Below are positions 27,480 to 39,894 of a stretch of 54,565 bases of DNA, one piece after another. Within the stretch, counting starts at the first letter, position 1, and every line of letters starts with the position of its first letter. Source of the DNA: an uncultured Actinomycetes bacterium (GTDB lineage: Bacteria > Actinomycetota > Actinomycetes > S36-B12); the NCBI GenBank assembly GCA_937875815.1, contig CALFHU010000161.1, positions 1 to 54,565 on the forward strand. The letters run 5' to 3'. The notes beneath the pieces were generated by a model. The model saw only the letters and a list, made by a program, of their open reading frames with translations, was not told the DNA's origin and ran no database searches. The translations under genes were made by a program, and so were the position numbers.

Positions 27480-28733
27480 CTAGCTGCTTTCCAATGCGTC
27501 ACGCACGGGTGCAAGTTTTGCGGCTGACTCGGCAAGTTCTAGTTCAGGGATTGACCCGGCAACGATTCCGCACCCGGCAAAGGAACGCACGGTGCGCGAC
27601 TCCTGGTCAATCTTCGCGCAGCGCAACGCAATTCCAAACTCGCCATCACCGTGATGATCAAACCAACCAACGGGTCCGGCATAACGTCCGCGATTCATTC
27701 CTTCAAGTTCGGGGATCATGGCTTTGGCGCGTTCGGTGGGAGTTCCGCACACGGCTGCAGTGGGGTGAAGTGATGCGACAAGGGACAGGATCGGAGCTTC
27801 ACTGGCTAGCTGACCAGTGATATCGGTCGCCAGGTGTTGCACATTTGCAAGTTCAAGAACTCGTGGTTGTTCGGGAACTTCAAGGTCGGTGCAATGCGTT
27901 GCGAGTGCTTTGGCAACCGAGTGAACCGCGTACTCGTGCTCGGCGAGATCCTTGTGGCTCTTCATGAGATCCGAGGCTAAATCCGCATCCGTTGATTTGT
28001 CTCCCTGACGCCGAACCGTGCCGGCAAGGACCCGGCTCATGACCAGCCCACCCGTTCGCCGAACCAGCAACTCCGGGGTTGCTCCAAAGAGATCTTCGAC
28101 CACGAATGTCCAGCAGGTGGGATATGCCCGTGCAAGTTGATTGATCAGGAACCGAACATCGAGTGCACCGTCAACGTGCGCAATGAGGTCGCGCGCAAGA
28201 ACTACTTTGTCGAGTTCGCCTGCGGTAATTCGTTCAACGGCGGTGGCAACGGATTGTTCCCATTCCCATGGCGGAATGCTGCCTTCAGCCCAACGCACTG
28301 TGGTCGGTGCAGTCGGAACGGAAACTGGTGGCAAGACGCTACTCGCCGAGCCAATAGTGGTCATCCAAGTTTGTCCACCACGTTTACCGACGACAACATT
28401 AGGGACAACAACTTCGGAGAGGTTATTGAGATCAAATGCAAATGAGGCGAAAGCAACCGGTCCCGTTCCCGGCAAGCTCACGGTATCCTCAATGTGGGCA
28501 TTTGTGAGGAGTTGATTCCACCAGCGCTGGGTTCGGGAAAAGGTTTCATCGCCACGCACTTGCAATCGAGCAGCCACCCCCCAACCAATTAGTCCTTCGC
28601 CACCTCGGACCCATGCGAGCGGGTTCTCGATCGGCAGATGTTGGAGAAGTTCCAGGTCGTGTTCGAGAGCTCGGGTACGGAAAGTCAGGTGTTCCTGATC
28701 GGGCAAGACACCAGGTTGCTCATTCACGCTCAC
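27480..28733 (-). CDS. menF: Isochorismate synthase
   Basis: KVVLARD, GATPE, LAGT, EH, NVQHL, LHPTAAVCG.P, RG.YAG, GCGIV. Start GTG 28733. Confidence 0.93.
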   Translation of the reverse strand: MSVNEQPGVLPDQEHLTFRTRALEHDLELLQHLPIENPLAWVRGGEGLIGWGVAARLQVRGDETFSRTQRWWNQLLTNAHIEDTVSLPGTGPVAFASFAFDLNNLSEVVVPNVVVGKRGGQTWMTTIGSASSVLPPVSVPTAPTTVRWAEGSIPPWEWEQSVATAVERITAGELDKVVLARDLIAHVDGALDVRFLINQLARAYPTCWTFVVEDLFGATPELLVRRTGGLVMSRVLAGTVRRQGDKSTDADLASDLMKSHKDLAEHEYAVHSVAKALATHCTDLEVPEQPRVLELANVQHLATDITGQLASEAPILSLVASLHPTAAVCGTPTERAKAMIPELEGMNRGRYAGPVGWFDHHGDGEFGIALRCAKIDQESRTVRSFAGCGIVAGSIPELELAESAAKLAPVRDALESS

Positions 28734-28816
28734 CAAGTAAGCCTAGGGCTCGCGAGTTGTTTTAACCACTTGGAACTGCAGTTAGCGTTAAGTGAGATCT
28801 CTGACAGACTAAGGGC

Positions 28817-29515
28817 GTGCCGAGGGCGAATTTGGATAAGGATCCAGCTGAAGTTGCTGCGATGTTTGATGCAGTTGCCGCTAAATACGATCGCACCAAT
28901 GACATTCTGGCCGTGGGACAGACCCGGCGTTGGCGCAGTGCAGTGCGCAAAGCTCTACAACTGGAACCAGGACAACTCGTTCTCGACATCGCGGCGGGCA
29001 CCGGAACCTCAGCGGCCGCATTCACCGCCTCAGGGGCGGATGTCATTGCCGCGGACTTTTCACTGGGAATGCTCGAAGTAGGCAAAACCCGAAACCCGGC
29101 GATTCCTTTCGTCGCAGCCGATGCGCTAGCCCTGCCATTTGCCGACTCAAGTTTTGACCGGGTCACTATTTCCTTCGGATTGCGTAATGTGGCCGATCGC
29201 ATGGTTGCCTTAGAGGAGTTCAGGCGCGTGATTAAGCCCGGTGGGCGGCTCGTGATCTGCGAGTTTTCTCATCCAACGCTGGCCCCATTTCGTCGGGTGT
29301 ATACCGAGTACCTCATGGCGGCGTTGCCCCTGCTCTCGAACCGGGTCTCCTCAAATCCGGATGCTTATCGGTATTTGGCCGAGTCAATCCGCGCTTGGCC
29401 GGTCCAACAAGAGCTGGCGGCAGACATTGCCGACGCCGGCTGGGGAGCGGTTCAGTGGCGCAATTTCACCGGGGGAATCGTGAGCATCCACCGGGCGGTT
29501 GCCCCGAAGGATTAG
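28817..29515 (+). CDS. menG: Demethylmenaquinone methyltransferase (UbiE/MenG)
   Basis: [37 protein letters not shown]. Confidence 0.96.
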   Translation: MPRANLDKDPAEVAAMFDAVAAKYDRTNDILAVGQTRRWRSAVRKALQLEPGQLVLDIAAGTGTSAAAFTASGADVIAADFSLGMLEVGKTRNPAIPFVAADALALPFADSSFDRVTISFGLRNVADRMVALEEFRRVIKPGGRLVICEFSHPTLAPFRRVYTEYLMAALPLLSNRVSSNPDAYRYLAESIRAWPVQQELAADIADAGWGAVQWRNFTGGIVSIHRAVAPKD

Positions 29516-29519
29516 CCGC

Positions 29520-29551
29520 TATGCTTGGTCAGATAGTGAAAAATTTCACAA
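29520..29551 (+). promoter_or_regulatory. nuo promoter -10 (TATGCT) and Rex operator
   Basis: TAGTGAA-AAAT-TTCACAA at 29534-29551 is one mismatch from TTGTGAAnnnnTTCACAA and lies directly downstream of TATGCT (29520-29525). Confidence 0.8.
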
Positions 29552-29618
29552 TCGCGCAAGTGGATGAGAGAAAAGCTGCAGTGGCTGGCTTGGCCTTCGA
29601 GCATGTGAAAGGGCTGGT

Positions 29619-29978
29619 ATGAACGTCTATACACCAATCTTGGTGCTCGGGATCCTCGCATTTAGCTTTGCGGTTTTCTCGATCGTAATCGCCAGTTTCA
29701 CGGGTCCCAAACGGTATAACCGCGCGAAATACGCCGCTTACGAGTGTGGGATTGAGCCAACACCGCAGCCAATGGGGGGCGGCCGTTTCCCCATTAAGTA
29801 CTACCTCACCGCCATGATGTTCATTATTTTCGACATCGAGTTGGTTTTCCTTTACCCTTGGGCGGTTTCAGCCGATGCACTGGGTGCATTTGGACTAATC
29901 GCGATTTTCCTGTTTCTCATAAATTTGGGTTTGCCATATGCATTTGAGTGGCGCCGCGGCGGATTGGAGTGGGATTAA
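29619..29978 (+). CDS. nuoA: NADH-quinone oxidoreductase subunit A
   Basis: [22 protein letters not shown]. Confidence 0.97.
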   Translation: MNVYTPILVLGILAFSFAVFSIVIASFTGPKRYNRAKYAAYECGIEPTPQPMGGGRFPIKYYLTAMMFIIFDIELVFLYPWAVSADALGAFGLIAIFLFLINLGLPYAFEWRRGGLEWD

Positions 29979-30532
29979 TGGGTCTTGAAGAGAAACTACC
30001 TTCGGGAATTCTGCTCACAACTGTTGAGCAGGTAGCCGGGTACGCGCGTAAAGGCTCCCTCTGGCCAGCCACATTTGGCTTGGCATGTTGCGCAATTGAA
30101 ATGATGGCAACCGGCGGCCCGCGCTATGACATTGCCCGCTTTGGCATGGAAGTTTTCCGGGCCTCACCGCGCCAAGCAGACCTGATGATTGTGGCCGGTC
30201 GAGTGAGTCAAAAAATGGCACCGGTTCTGCGCCAAATCTACGACCAAATGCCAAATCCAAAATGGGTGCTCGCAATGGGCGTCTGTTCATCGAGTGGCGG
30301 CATGTTTAACAACTACGCCGTTGTTCAGGGAGTGGACCACGTTGTTCCCGTTGACGTTTACCTGCCCGGTTGTCCGCCCCGCCCCGAAATGCTCATTGAC
30401 GCAATCCTGAAAATCCATGACGAAATCCAGGACATGAAGCTCGGGGTGAATCGCAAAAAGCAAATTATTGAGCACGAGCAGATTGCCTTGGCTGCGCCTT
30501 CTGTACTTGACATGAAGGGGCTCCTGCGATGA
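29978..30532 (+). CDS. nuoB: NADH-quinone oxidoreductase subunit B
   Basis: [34 protein letters not shown] 29978 overlaps the nuoA stop. Confidence 0.97.
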   Translation: MGLEEKLPSGILLTTVEQVAGYARKGSLWPATFGLACCAIEMMATGGPRYDIARFGMEVFRASPRQADLMIVAGRVSQKMAPVLRQIYDQMPNPKWVLAMGVCSSSGGMFNNYAVVQGVDHVVPVDVYLPGCPPRPEMLIDAILKIHDEIQDMKLGVNRKKQIIEHEQIALAAPSVLDMKGLLR

Positions 30533-31221
30533 GCGAGTTCCCCGTGGTGCCAGACGGCTTAGCCGCAATTGATCTGGTGGGTGTGCGCAAAGGCGCATTT
30601 GGTTCACAAGGGTCCGGTGACACTAGCGGTTTTGGCGGACTGGTGGCACCGATTGTCATGCCCGGTGCATCAATCCCACCATTTGGAGGTTGGTGTGACG
30701 AGGTCGCCGAAGAGCTGGCGCTCTCGCTGGTCGACGCTGGAGTGAGCGGTGCGGTTGAAAAAATTGTGATCGATCGAGGCGAAATGACTTTTTATGTCGC
30801 GCCCGAGAACCTGATTGCATTCATGACCGAATGCCGCGATGAACCGGCACTCCGATTTGAAATGTGCACAAGCGTGAGCGGTGTTCATTTCCCGCAGGAT
30901 ACAAATCGGGAGCTGCATATTGTTTACGCGTTGCTTTCCATCACACATAACCGTCGAATTCGGGTTGAAGTGTCAATTCCTGACTCCGATCGTCACCTTC
31001 CATCATTGGTCGCGCTTTACCCGTCAGTGGATTGGCATGAGCGCGAAACCTGGGACTTTTTCGGAATAATTTTTGATGGGCACCCGGCGCTTACGCGAAT
31101 TCAAATGCCTGATGACTGGGTGGGGCATCCGCAGCGCAAGGACTACCCACTTGGTGGGATCCCCGTTGAGTACAAGGGTGCAAGTATTCCCGCGCCAGAT
31201 CATCGGAGGTCCTACAACTAA
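30529..31221 (+). CDS. nuoC: NADH-quinone oxidoreductase subunit C
   Basis: [28 protein letters not shown]. Confidence 0.97.
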   Translation: MSEFPVVPDGLAAIDLVGVRKGAFGSQGSGDTSGFGGLVAPIVMPGASIPPFGGWCDEVAEELALSLVDAGVSGAVEKIVIDRGEMTFYVAPENLIAFMTECRDEPALRFEMCTSVSGVHFPQDTNRELHIVYALLSITHNRRIRVEVSIPDSDRHLPSLVALYPSVDWHERETWDFFGIIFDGHPALTRIQMPDDWVGHPQRKDYPLGGIPVEYKGASIPAPDHRRSYN

Positions 31222-32561
31222 TGACTACCACCGAATTTACGAATTCTGATCCGTTCTCGGGGTCCTATGACACCACCGACGGCACCGTGTACAACCTCGG
31301 CGGAGGCGACTGGGACAGCATCGCGGCGGCGCCAGAGGGTGAGAACGAGCGAATCGTGGTCAACATGGGACCACAACACCCGTCCACTCACGGTGTTCTT
31401 CGCATGATTTTGGAACTTGAAGGTGAGACTGTCGTCCAGGCTCGGTGCGGTATTGGTTTCCTACATACCGGGATCGAAAAGAATATGGAGTTTCGCACTT
31501 GGGTTCAAGGTGTGACCTACGTAACCCGAATGGATTACCTGGCCCCGATGTTCAATGAGACAGCCTACTGCCTCTCGGTCGAGCGACTTCTGGGCATTGA
31601 AGACCAGATCCCAGAACGCGCAAACGTAATCCGAGTGATGATGATGGAACTCAATCGGGTTTCTTCCCACTTAGTAGCACTCGCAACGGGCGGCATGGAG
31701 CTCGGAGCGCTCACCGCCATGATTTTTGGTTTCCGCGAACGCGAACTCGTTCTCGACATTTTCGAAATGGTCTCGGGACTACGCATGAACAGCGCTTACA
31801 TCCGACCGGGTGGTGTCGCCCAAGACCTACCAAGCGGGGCAGAAGAAAAAATTCGCGAAACTGTGGTGCTGCTTCGCAAGCGGCTCAAGGACACCTCGGA
31901 TTTGCTGGTAGACAACACAATCTGGATGGGTCGAACAGTTGGTGTTGGCTACCTTGACCTCACGGGGTGTATGGCGCTGGGTATTACAGGGCCGATCCTG
32001 CGTTCAACCGGGCTACCCCATGACCTGCGCAAGAGCGCGCCCTATTGCGGCTATGAAAACTATGAATTCAATGTTCCTACCCAAAAAACCTCAGACGCGT
32101 ATGGACGCTTCTTGATCCGCATCGCTGAAATGCACGAGTCACTTAACATTGTCGATCAATGTCTGGATCGACTAGTGCCTGGCCCCATCATGATTGCCGA
32201 CAAGAAAATTGCTTGGCCATCACAATTGTCGGTTGGCAGCGACGGACAAGGGAACTCACCAGAACACATTCAAGAAATCATGAGCGAGTCGATGGAAGCG
32301 CTCATTCACCATTTCAAGTTGGTTACCGAAGGCTTCAGCGTCCCTGCCGGACAGGCCTACGTTCCGATTGAGTCTCCACGTGGTGAACTCGGTGCCCACG
32401 TTGTGAGCACGGGTGGAACCCGACCGTACCGGGTGCACTTCCGCGATCCCTCTTTCAATAACTTGCAGGCCGTCTCCGCGATGAGCGAGGGTTCCATGAT
32501 CGCGGACGTAATCGCAGCGGTCGCGAGTATTGACCCCGTCATGGGCGGGGTTGACCGTTAA
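31221..32561 (+). CDS. nuoD: NADH-quinone oxidoreductase subunit D
   Basis: [33 protein letters not shown]. Confidence 0.98.
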   Translation: MTTTEFTNSDPFSGSYDTTDGTVYNLGGGDWDSIAAAPEGENERIVVNMGPQHPSTHGVLRMILELEGETVVQARCGIGFLHTGIEKNMEFRTWVQGVTYVTRMDYLAPMFNETAYCLSVERLLGIEDQIPERANVIRVMMMELNRVSSHLVALATGGMELGALTAMIFGFRERELVLDIFEMVSGLRMNSAYIRPGGVAQDLPSGAEEKIRETVVLLRKRLKDTSDLLVDNTIWMGRTVGVGYLDLTGCMALGITGPILRSTGLPHDLRKSAPYCGYENYEFNVPTQKTSDAYGRFLIRIAEMHESLNIVDQCLDRLVPGPIMIADKKIAWPSQLSVGSDGQGNSPEHIQEIMSESMEALIHHFKLVTEGFSVPAGQAYVPIESPRGELGAHVVSTGGTRPYRVHFRDPSFNNLQAVSAMSEGSMIADVIAAVASIDPVMGGVDR

Positions 32562-33211
32562 TGTCACAGCGAAATGAGCAGAACGTGATCTCTGAATCAA
32601 CCAGGTTAAAAATGCGAGAGCTAGCCGGACGATATCCGAACCGACGCTCGGCACTGTTGCCCATGCTGCATTTGGTGCAAGCAGAGCAAGACGAAGTAAC
32701 TACCGAAGGCATGGCTGCCTGCGCAGAAGAACTTGACATCACCTCCGCGGAAGTGACAGCGGTTGCAACGTTTTACACAATGTACAAGTACAGTCCCGTT
32801 GGCAGGCACCACATTGGAGTTTGTATCAACACACTGTGTGGACTACTCGGTGGTGACGCTGTGTACGAGCGGGTTGCTGAGCGCCTGGACGCATCTCACA
32901 ATGGGCCATCTGCCGACGGTAATTTCTGGTTGGAACGGATTGAGTGCCAGGCGGCTTGCACCCATGCGCCAGTCATGACGGTTGATTGGGAATTCATGGA
33001 CGACGTAACCCCGCAAAGCGCGGTTGCCCTAATTGACAAACTCGCACTGGGTGAACAAGTGTGGTCAACGCGTGGCCCTATGATCCGTGACTTCCAAGCA
33101 ACCGAGCACACCCTAGCCATGGCAGAAGACGACCTAGCAACTGTCGGTAATTGCGTCGATGAAAAAATGCTTGCCGGTCTGAAAATCGCAAAATCTGGAG
33201 CGCAGCAATAG
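32561..33211 (+). CDS. nuoE: NADH-quinone oxidoreductase subunit E
   Basis: VATFY, CINTLC, ECQAAC..AP (2Fe-2S). Confidence 0.96.
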   Translation: MSQRNEQNVISESTRLKMRELAGRYPNRRSALLPMLHLVQAEQDEVTTEGMAACAEELDITSAEVTAVATFYTMYKYSPVGRHHIGVCINTLCGLLGGDAVYERVAERLDASHNGPSADGNFWLERIECQAACTHAPVMTVDWEFMDDVTPQSAVALIDKLALGEQVWSTRGPMIRDFQATEHTLAMAEDDLATVGNCVDEKMLAGLKIAKSGAQQ

Positions 33212-34512
33212 TGAAACTGACACCGGTAATTACGCAACACTGGGACGACCCGACGCTGTACACACTTGACGGGTACAAGAGCCATGGTGGGTACGAAGCG
33301 CTTGCTAAAGCACTCAACAGCGATCCTGACTCCATCATTGCAACCGTCAAGGACAGTGGGCTTCGAGGCCGCGGAGGTGCTGGTTTCCCCACCGGCTTGA
33401 AATGGTCATTTGTCCCACAAAATGATGGCAAGCCGCACTACCTTGTTGTCAACGCCGACGAGTCTGAACCCGGTGCATGTAAAGACATCCCGATCATGAT
33501 GGCGAACCCACATGCACTTGTCGAAGGTGTAATCATCACCTCATTTGCCATTCGAGCAAATCACGCTTTCATCTATATTCGCGGTGAAGTTCCCGCGGCA
33601 ATTCGTAAGGTCGCCTATGCGGTCAAGCAAGCCCGTGAAGCAGGTCTGATTGGTAAGAACATTCAAGGTTCAGGCTTTGACCTTGAAGTGACGGTGCACT
33701 CCGGTGCCGGTGCGTACATTTGTGGTGAAGAAACTGCGCTCCTTGACTCCCTTGAGGGCTTTCGAGGGCAACCACGATTGAAGCCGCCGTTTCCTGCTAT
33801 TGCGGGGCTGTACTCATCACCGACGGTGATTAACAACGTGGAGACGATCGCAAATATTCCTTACATTATTGATCGCGGTGTTGAATGGTTCCGTCAATTT
33901 GGAACTGAGAAGTCGCCCGGATTCAAAGTATTTGCCGTTTCGGGTCACGTACAGCGCCCTGGAATCTACGAAGCGCCGCTGGGCATCACAATGCGCGAAT
34001 TGCTCGACTACGCGGGCGGGATGCGTCCGGGTGCCGAGCTCAAGTTCTGGATCCCGGGCGGGTCAAGTGTTCCCATGTTGACCGCCGATCACCTCGACCT
34101 CCCATTGACCTACGAAGCCATGGCTGAGGCTGGAACCATGCTAGGAACGGGCACCCCTATGGTCTTTGACCAAACGGTGTCAGTTGTCAAAGCTGTTACT
34201 CGCTGGCTCGAGTTTTATAAGCATGAGTCGTGTGGAAAGTGCACACCCTGCCGGGAAGGCACCTATTGGATTACGGGCGTGCTGGAAAAATTTGAACACG
34301 GTCACGGCACGGAGAACGAAATGGAAACCTTGACCACTCTGTGTGGTCAGATCGCTGGTCGGTCCTTCTGCGCACTCGGCGATGCTGCGGCAACGCCTTA
34401 TCCCGCGGCTATGAAGTACTTCAGCCACGAATTTACCGCGGCAACTCACACCAGCGCTGACGAACAGTTTGATCCAATTGCGTCATACGTCTTCTCGGGG
34501 GCGCGCGCCTAA
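33211..34512 (+). CDS. nuoF: NADH-quinone oxidoreductase subunit F
   Basis: GRGGAGFPTG.KW, NADESEPG, GAGAYICGEETAL, ESCGKCTPCREG. Confidence 0.98.
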   Translation: MKLTPVITQHWDDPTLYTLDGYKSHGGYEALAKALNSDPDSIIATVKDSGLRGRGGAGFPTGLKWSFVPQNDGKPHYLVVNADESEPGACKDIPIMMANPHALVEGVIITSFAIRANHAFIYIRGEVPAAIRKVAYAVKQAREAGLIGKNIQGSGFDLEVTVHSGAGAYICGEETALLDSLEGFRGQPRLKPPFPAIAGLYSSPTVINNVETIANIPYIIDRGVEWFRQFGTEKSPGFKVFAVSGHVQRPGIYEAPLGITMRELLDYAGGMRPGAELKFWIPGGSSVPMLTADHLDLPLTYEAMAEAGTMLGTGTPMVFDQTVSVVKAVTRWLEFYKHESCGKCTPCREGTYWITGVLEKFEHGHGTENEMETLTTLCGQIAGRSFCALGDAAATPYPAAMKYFSHEFTAATHTSADEQFDPIASYVFSGARA

Positions 34513-36869
34513 TGACCATGACCAATCACACTGAAAAGATGGACTCAGTCAGCGTTGTGATCGACGGAATCGAAATGGAAGTTCCAAAAGGAACGCTCGT
34601 AATTCGCGCTGCTGAGCAGATCGGCATTGAAATTCCACGTTTTTGCGATCATCCGCTCCTTGTGCCAGTTGCTAATTGCCGGGCATGCTTGATTGAGATC
34701 GACGGAGTGCCTAAACCGCAGCCGGCATGTGCACAGGTACTGTCTGAAGGTATGAACGTTCGCACCCAACGTTCTTCAGAAATGGCGCGGGTTGCCCAAG
34801 AAGGGGTAATGGAGTTCTTGCTCGCCAACCACCCACTTGATTGCGCGATCTGCGACAAGGGCGGGGAGTGTCCACTACAAAATCAAGCTATGAGCGCTGG
34901 TCGCTCTGAATCACGCTTTGATGGTGAAAAACGTACCTTTCCCAAACCAATTAACGTCAACGCTGAAGTGCTCCTTGACCGCGAGCGGTGTGTTTCTTGT
35001 GCGCGCTGCACCCGATTCGCTGACGAGATCGCAGGTGATGCATCCCTTGAATTACTTGAGCGCGGTGCCCAACAGCAGGTCGGTACGGCAAATGATGAAC
35101 CATTTGATTCCTATTTTTCCGGAAATGTTGTTCAGATCTGTCCCGTAGGCGCGCTCACCAGTGCGTCATACCGATTCCGTTCACGGCCATTTGATTTAGT
35201 CTCAGTCCCCACAACTTGTGAACACTGTGCATCAGGTTGCTCCCTTCGGACCGATCACCGCCGCGGCGCGGTTACCCGTCGTCTTGCCTGGGATGACCCG
35301 GAAGTCAATGAAGAGTGGAGTTGTGACAAGGGGCGCTTCGCATTTGCGTACTTAGCTTCAGGTCGAATCGAATCTCCGCTCATTCGCGAGAATGGTGAGT
35401 TGCGCTCAGCATCCTGGCCCGAAGCGATGCACTTCGCCGCTGCGGGCCTCGCCGCCGCAGCCGGTTCGACCGCTGTCCTGGTCGGTGGCCGAGCAACGAG
35501 CGAAGATGCTTATGCGTACTCGAAATTTGCCCGAGTCGTACTGGGAAGTGACAACATTGATTTTCGGGCGCGCGCAACCTCAAATGAGGAAGCAGAATTC
35601 TTAGCGGCATACGTAGCTGGAAAGCAGTTGGAAATCACCTACGGCGATGTTGAATCTGCGTCACAAATCGTGCTGGTTGGCTGTGAACCGGAGGACGAAT
35701 CACCAATTCTGTTCCTTCGCTTGCGCAAAGGTGTGAAAAAAGGTGTCCTCGTTCATACGGTTGGCCCGCTCTATTCGCTAGGTAGTGAAAAGTTGTCTGC
35801 GCATTGGATTAAAGCGAAAGCTGGCTCTGAGGCCCAAGTGCTCGGGGGCCTTGATTCGGAATTGGTTAACGCTCTTGACAGCACCTCAATTATTTTCGTT
35901 GGCGAGCGCGCGGCTACAAGCCCGGGTTCCCTCAGCGCGGTTTCTGAACTGGGCGCAAAAACGGGTGCGCGCATTGCTTGGGTGCCCCGACGAGCTGGTG
36001 AACGAGGCGCACTTGAGGCTGGTGCGCTCGCTGGTCTACTTCCGGGCGGTCACCCAATTTCTGATCGCACTGCGCGCGCACACGTTGCTCAAGCATGGAA
36101 CGTCGAGGCGGACTCCTTGCCAAGTGGAGGACTCGCTGGAACCGATTTGGTCACTGCCATCGCAAGTGGAACGTTCACGGCGGTACTTACCGCCGGTATC
36201 GATCCCGGTGATCTGCCAAATGGCAACGAACTTATTGCCGGGATTGAAGGCGCTGATTTTGTTGTTGCACTTGAGAATCATCATTCGGAAATCACCCAGC
36301 GGGCAAGTGTCGTTTTCCCGGTTGCGGTTGTCACTGAAAAATCCGGATCCTTCATGAACTGGGAAGGGCGCAGTAAACCATTCAGCGCGGCTTTTCGCGA
36401 GGCGCTTACCCTCTCAGATGCCGGAGTGCTGTCAATGTTGGCAAGTGCCATGGGCGCACAGCTCAGTGGAGATACTCGCGAGCTAGGCAAGGAATTGACC
36501 GCACTGGGATCTTGGACGGGTTCGCGAACGCAGGTAAAGCCGGTGGCGCCAAATCCGGCTGCCGGAACGACTTTGGCCACGTGGCGCCTGCTGATTGATT
36601 CAGGTGTATTGCAAGAGGGAGAACCGCACTTGGCAGCTACCGCGCGACCATCAGTGGTTGCGATTAACTCTGCGATGTTTGACCAACTGGACCAACCGGA
36701 ATTAATCACGGTGACCGGGCCTAAAGGATCAATCACACTGCCAGTGCACGTCTGCGAAGTAGAGGATGACAGTCTGTGGTTGCCCATGAACTCACCGGAT
36801 TCACATATTTATGCGCAACTTGGTTGCGGTTATGGTGAAGTAGTCACTGTCCAGGGAGGCGCTGCATGA
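34512..36869 (+). CDS. nuoG: NADH-quinone oxidoreductase subunit G
   Basis: [47 protein letters not shown]. Confidence 0.97.
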   Translation: MTMTNHTEKMDSVSVVIDGIEMEVPKGTLVIRAAEQIGIEIPRFCDHPLLVPVANCRACLIEIDGVPKPQPACAQVLSEGMNVRTQRSSEMARVAQEGVMEFLLANHPLDCAICDKGGECPLQNQAMSAGRSESRFDGEKRTFPKPINVNAEVLLDRERCVSCARCTRFADEIAGDASLELLERGAQQQVGTANDEPFDSYFSGNVVQICPVGALTSASYRFRSRPFDLVSVPTTCEHCASGCSLRTDHRRGAVTRRLAWDDPEVNEEWSCDKGRFAFAYLASGRIESPLIRENGELRSASWPEAMHFAAAGLAAAAGSTAVLVGGRATSEDAYAYSKFARVVLGSDNIDFRARATSNEEAEFLAAYVAGKQLEITYGDVESASQIVLVGCEPEDESPILFLRLRKGVKKGVLVHTVGPLYSLGSEKLSAHWIKAKAGSEAQVLGGLDSELVNALDSTSIIFVGERAATSPGSLSAVSELGAKTGARIAWVPRRAGERGALEAGALAGLLPGGHPISDRTARAHVAQAWNVEADSLPSGGLAGTDLVTAIASGTFTAVLTAGIDPGDLPNGNELIAGIEGADFVVALENHHSEITQRASVVFPVAVVTEKSGSFMNWEGRSKPFSAAFREALTLSDAGVLSMLASAMGAQLSGDTRELGKELTALGSWTGSRTQVKPVAPNPAAGTTLATWRLLIDSGVLQEGEPHLAATARPSVVAINSAMFDQLDQPELITVTGPKGSITLPVHVCEVEDDSLWLPMNSPDSHIYAQLGCGYGEVVTVQGGAA

Positions 36870-38209
36870 GTGGTTCTCAGTTTGGCTTTTTCGGGACAGA
36901 CCCGTGGTGGATGGTAATCCTCAAAGCCGTTGTCATTTTTGGAATGCTGGTCGTCATCACCTTGTTCACCATCTGGTGGGAGCGCCGAGTGGTGTCGCGG
37001 ATGCAAAACCGAATTGGTCCAAACCGGGTGGGGCCGGCCGGCTTGCTCCAGTCGCTAATGGACGGTTTCAAGCTTGCTTTCAAAGAAGAAATCATCCCTA
37101 AATCTGCGCACGTTGCCGTGTACTGGATTGCCCCGGTTATTTCAGCGACGGCAGCTTTCCTCGCATTTGCCGTTATTCCATTTGGCCCGACTGTGTCGAT
37201 CTTTGGTGTGGAAACTCCACTGCAACTCACCGATTTTCCGGTGTCTGTTCTCTACGTGCTGGGAATTGCATCCATCGGTGTTTACGGACTGGTTCTGGCC
37301 GGTTGGTCTTCAGGCTCGACCTACCCACTTCTTGGCGGGCTGCGTTCAACAGCCCAAGTGATTTCATACGAAATCGCCATGGGGCTTTCATTTGTTGCAG
37401 TGTTTCTGTTTGCCGGCTCCATGTCGACATCCGAAATCATCGCACAGCAGGAACCCATTTGGTTCGCTGTGATTTTGCTACCCTCGTTCCTCATTTATGT
37501 AACGTCAATGGTGGGGGAGACCAACCGCGCACCATTTGACCTCCCAGAGGCAGAAGGCGAACTTGTCGGTGGGTTCCACACCGAATACTCGTCATTGAAA
37601 TTCGCCATGTTCTTCTTGGCCGAATACATCAACATGGTCACCGTTTCAGCGTTGGCAACGACCCTGTTCCTCGGTGGCTGGTTGGCGCCGTGGCCCCTGT
37701 CGTTGTGGGATTCGGCAAATACTGGTTGGTGGCCGGTTCTTTGGTGGCTGCTCAAGGTCCAACTCTTTATCTTTATGTTCATTTGGTTGCGCGCGACGCT
37801 ACCGCGATTGCGGTACGACCAGTTCATGAAATTTGGTTGGAAAGTTCTCATTCCGGCATCGCTTGGATGGATATTTATCGTTGCAACTGCGCGCGTTTTC
37901 CGTAACGACTTCAGTTTTACGAACCAACAATTACTTTTCGCTGGAGCCGCGGCTATCGCCGTTCTGCTGATTGGGTCGTGGTTGCTTCAGATTCGTTCAG
38001 ATCGCAAACAAGAGAGCCTAGAAGATGAATTCGAAGCGGAATCCCGCGCACCATTTGACCCAATGGCTGGTGGACATCCGGTTCCGCCCATGCCGGGTCA
38101 AATATTCCCCTACACCCCGCGACGTGTACTTGCTGCACAATCGGTTGCTGGTGGCGTGAGCCCGTCAGATGAAGATACGAACGCGATCGAGGAGATACCC
38201 AATGCCTGA
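36866..38209 (+). CDS. nuoH: NADH-quinone oxidoreductase subunit H
   Basis: [36 protein letters not shown]. Confidence 0.97.
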   Translation: MSGSQFGFFGTDPWWMVILKAVVIFGMLVVITLFTIWWERRVVSRMQNRIGPNRVGPAGLLQSLMDGFKLAFKEEIIPKSAHVAVYWIAPVISATAAFLAFAVIPFGPTVSIFGVETPLQLTDFPVSVLYVLGIASIGVYGLVLAGWSSGSTYPLLGGLRSTAQVISYEIAMGLSFVAVFLFAGSMSTSEIIAQQEPIWFAVILLPSFLIYVTSMVGETNRAPFDLPEAEGELVGGFHTEYSSLKFAMFFLAEYINMVTVSALATTLFLGGWLAPWPLSLWDSANTGWWPVLWWLLKVQLFIFMFIWLRATLPRLRYDQFMKFGWKVLIPASLGWIFIVATARVFRNDFSFTNQQLLFAGAAAIAVLLIGSWLLQIRSDRKQESLEDEFEAESRAPFDPMAGGHPVPPMPGQIFPYTPRRVLAAQSVAGGVSPSDEDTNAIEEIPNA

Positions 38210-38780
38210 ATTACCTGCCGCGGTTCGCGGATTTGGGGTGACCTTCGGAACTATTTTTAAAAAGGTCGTAACCGAGCAGTACCCCGAGGATGCCAGTAAG
38301 TACCCGCCAAAGCCGCGCTTTCACGGACGTCACCAACTCAATCGTTGGGCCGATGGGCTGGAAAAGTGCATTGGCTGTGAACTGTGTGCGTGGGCTTGCC
38401 CAGCGGACGCGATCTTTGTCCAAGGGGCGGACAACAGCGATGAAGAGCGCTTCTCGCCGGGTGAGCGTTATGGCCGGGTATACCAAATCAACTACACCCG
38501 CTGTATTTTCTGTGGCCTCTGTATCGAAGCGTGCCCCACGAGAGCCCTCACCATGACCAATGAATTCGAGCTAGCCGACAATAATCGCGCAGATTTGATC
38601 TATGAAAAGGAAGATTTATTGGGGCCGATGCTCCCTGGGATGCTTGCCCCACCACATGAAATGGTTCCCGGTACAACCGATCGTGATTACTACGCAAACA
38701 AGATCACCGGCTCGGTCCCCGAACAAGGCACCCAGTCCGATTCTGACCTTGGTAATGCTGATCGAAATGGTGCTCAATGA
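38202..38780 (+). CDS. nuoI: NADH-quinone oxidoreductase subunit I
   Basis: [12 protein letters not shown] and [12 protein letters not shown]; GAGGAG SD before ATG 38202. Confidence 0.97.
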   Translation: MPELPAAVRGFGVTFGTIFKKVVTEQYPEDASKYPPKPRFHGRHQLNRWADGLEKCIGCELCAWACPADAIFVQGADNSDEERFSPGERYGRVYQINYTRCIFCGLCIEACPTRALTMTNEFELADNNRADLIYEKEDLLGPMLPGMLAPPHEMVPGTTDRDYYANKITGSVPEQGTQSDSDLGNADRNGAQ

Positions 38781-39550
38781 CCATTGACGGTGAACTTGTT
38801 GTATTCATTATCTGCGGGGGCTTAACAGTCATCGGGGCACTCGGAATGGTCCTGTCACGTAAAGCCGTTCACTCTGCACTGTTTATCGCCATGGTCATGA
38901 TCAACCTCGCGATCCTGTACGTCGCGAACTCTGCCCCTTTCCTGGGCATGGTGCAGATCATCGTGTATACCGGCGCCGTAATGATGCTCTTCCTCTTTGT
39001 TCTCATGGTGGTGGGAGTCGACTCTTCGGATTCGCTGATCGAAACGATTCGCGGCCAGCGACTTTTTGGGATCCTGTTCGGTGTGGCTCTGGCAGTGTTG
39101 CTCGCTGGTGGCATTGGGACCGCACTGACCGACAAAGGGGATGTGGGTCTGGATGCGGCAAATGAAGAATTTGGTGGCAACGTTGAGGGTATCGCAAATC
39201 TGATTTTCAGTGATTACCTTTTTGCCTTCCAGGCCACAGCTGCTCTGCTGATTACGGCTGGCTTGGGTGCGGTAATTCTCACCCACCGCGAAGCATGGAA
39301 GCCAAAGGTAACCCAGAAAGAGCTCTCGGTTGCGCGCTTCATGGTGGGTGCGGGCCACCCGGGAAATAAGCCGAACCCTGGCGTTTACGCTCGACACAAT
39401 GCAGTGAACACCCCAGCAATTTTGCCAGACGGTTCACTTGCATTGGACAGTGTTCCAGAGCCTGTTCGATCACGTGATGACTCGTTGATCATTGACCACA
39501 GAGTGGTATCAACGGTTGTGGAATTGGTAGAGGGAGAGGATCAGAACTAA
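38777..39550 (+). CDS. nuoJ: NADH-quinone oxidoreductase subunit J
   Basis: [21 protein letters not shown]. Confidence 0.96.
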   Translation: MTIDGELVVFIICGGLTVIGALGMVLSRKAVHSALFIAMVMINLAILYVANSAPFLGMVQIIVYTGAVMMLFLFVLMVVGVDSSDSLIETIRGQRLFGILFGVALAVLLAGGIGTALTDKGDVGLDAANEEFGGNVEGIANLIFSDYLFAFQATAALLITAGLGAVILTHREAWKPKVTQKELSVARFMVGAGHPGNKPNPGVYARHNAVNTPAILPDGSLALDSVPEPVRSRDDSLIIDHRVVSTVVELVEGEDQN

Positions 39551-39849
39551 TGGATCCCGTCTATTACATCTATCTTGCGACCGTACTGTTCAGTATTGGT
39601 GCAGTCGGTGTGTTGGTTCGCCGCAACGCAATCATTGTTTTCATGTCAGTCGAATTGATGCTCAACGCGGCGAACTTAGTGTTCGTTGCTTTCGCTCGAA
39701 TGAATGGGAACCTCGACGGTCAAACTGTCGCGTTCTTTGTCATGGTCGTCGCGGCAGCCGAAGTCGTCGTCGGTCTCGCGATTATCGTTCAAGTTTTTCG
39801 AACTAGGCAATCAGCATCAATTGACGAGCCGAATCTTTTGAAGTATTAG
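39550..39849 (+). CDS. nuoK: NADH-quinone oxidoreductase subunit K
   Basis: RRN..ELMLNA, VAAAE..GLA. Confidence 0.97.
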   Translation: MDPVYYIYLATVLFSIGAVGVLVRRNAIIVFMSVELMLNAANLVFVAFARMNGNLDGQTVAFFVMVVAAAEVVVGLAIIVQVFRTRQSASIDEPNLLKY

Positions 39850-39894
39850 TAAAAAATCAGTAGACCAGATTAATACCGAGGAATAGGACCACAC

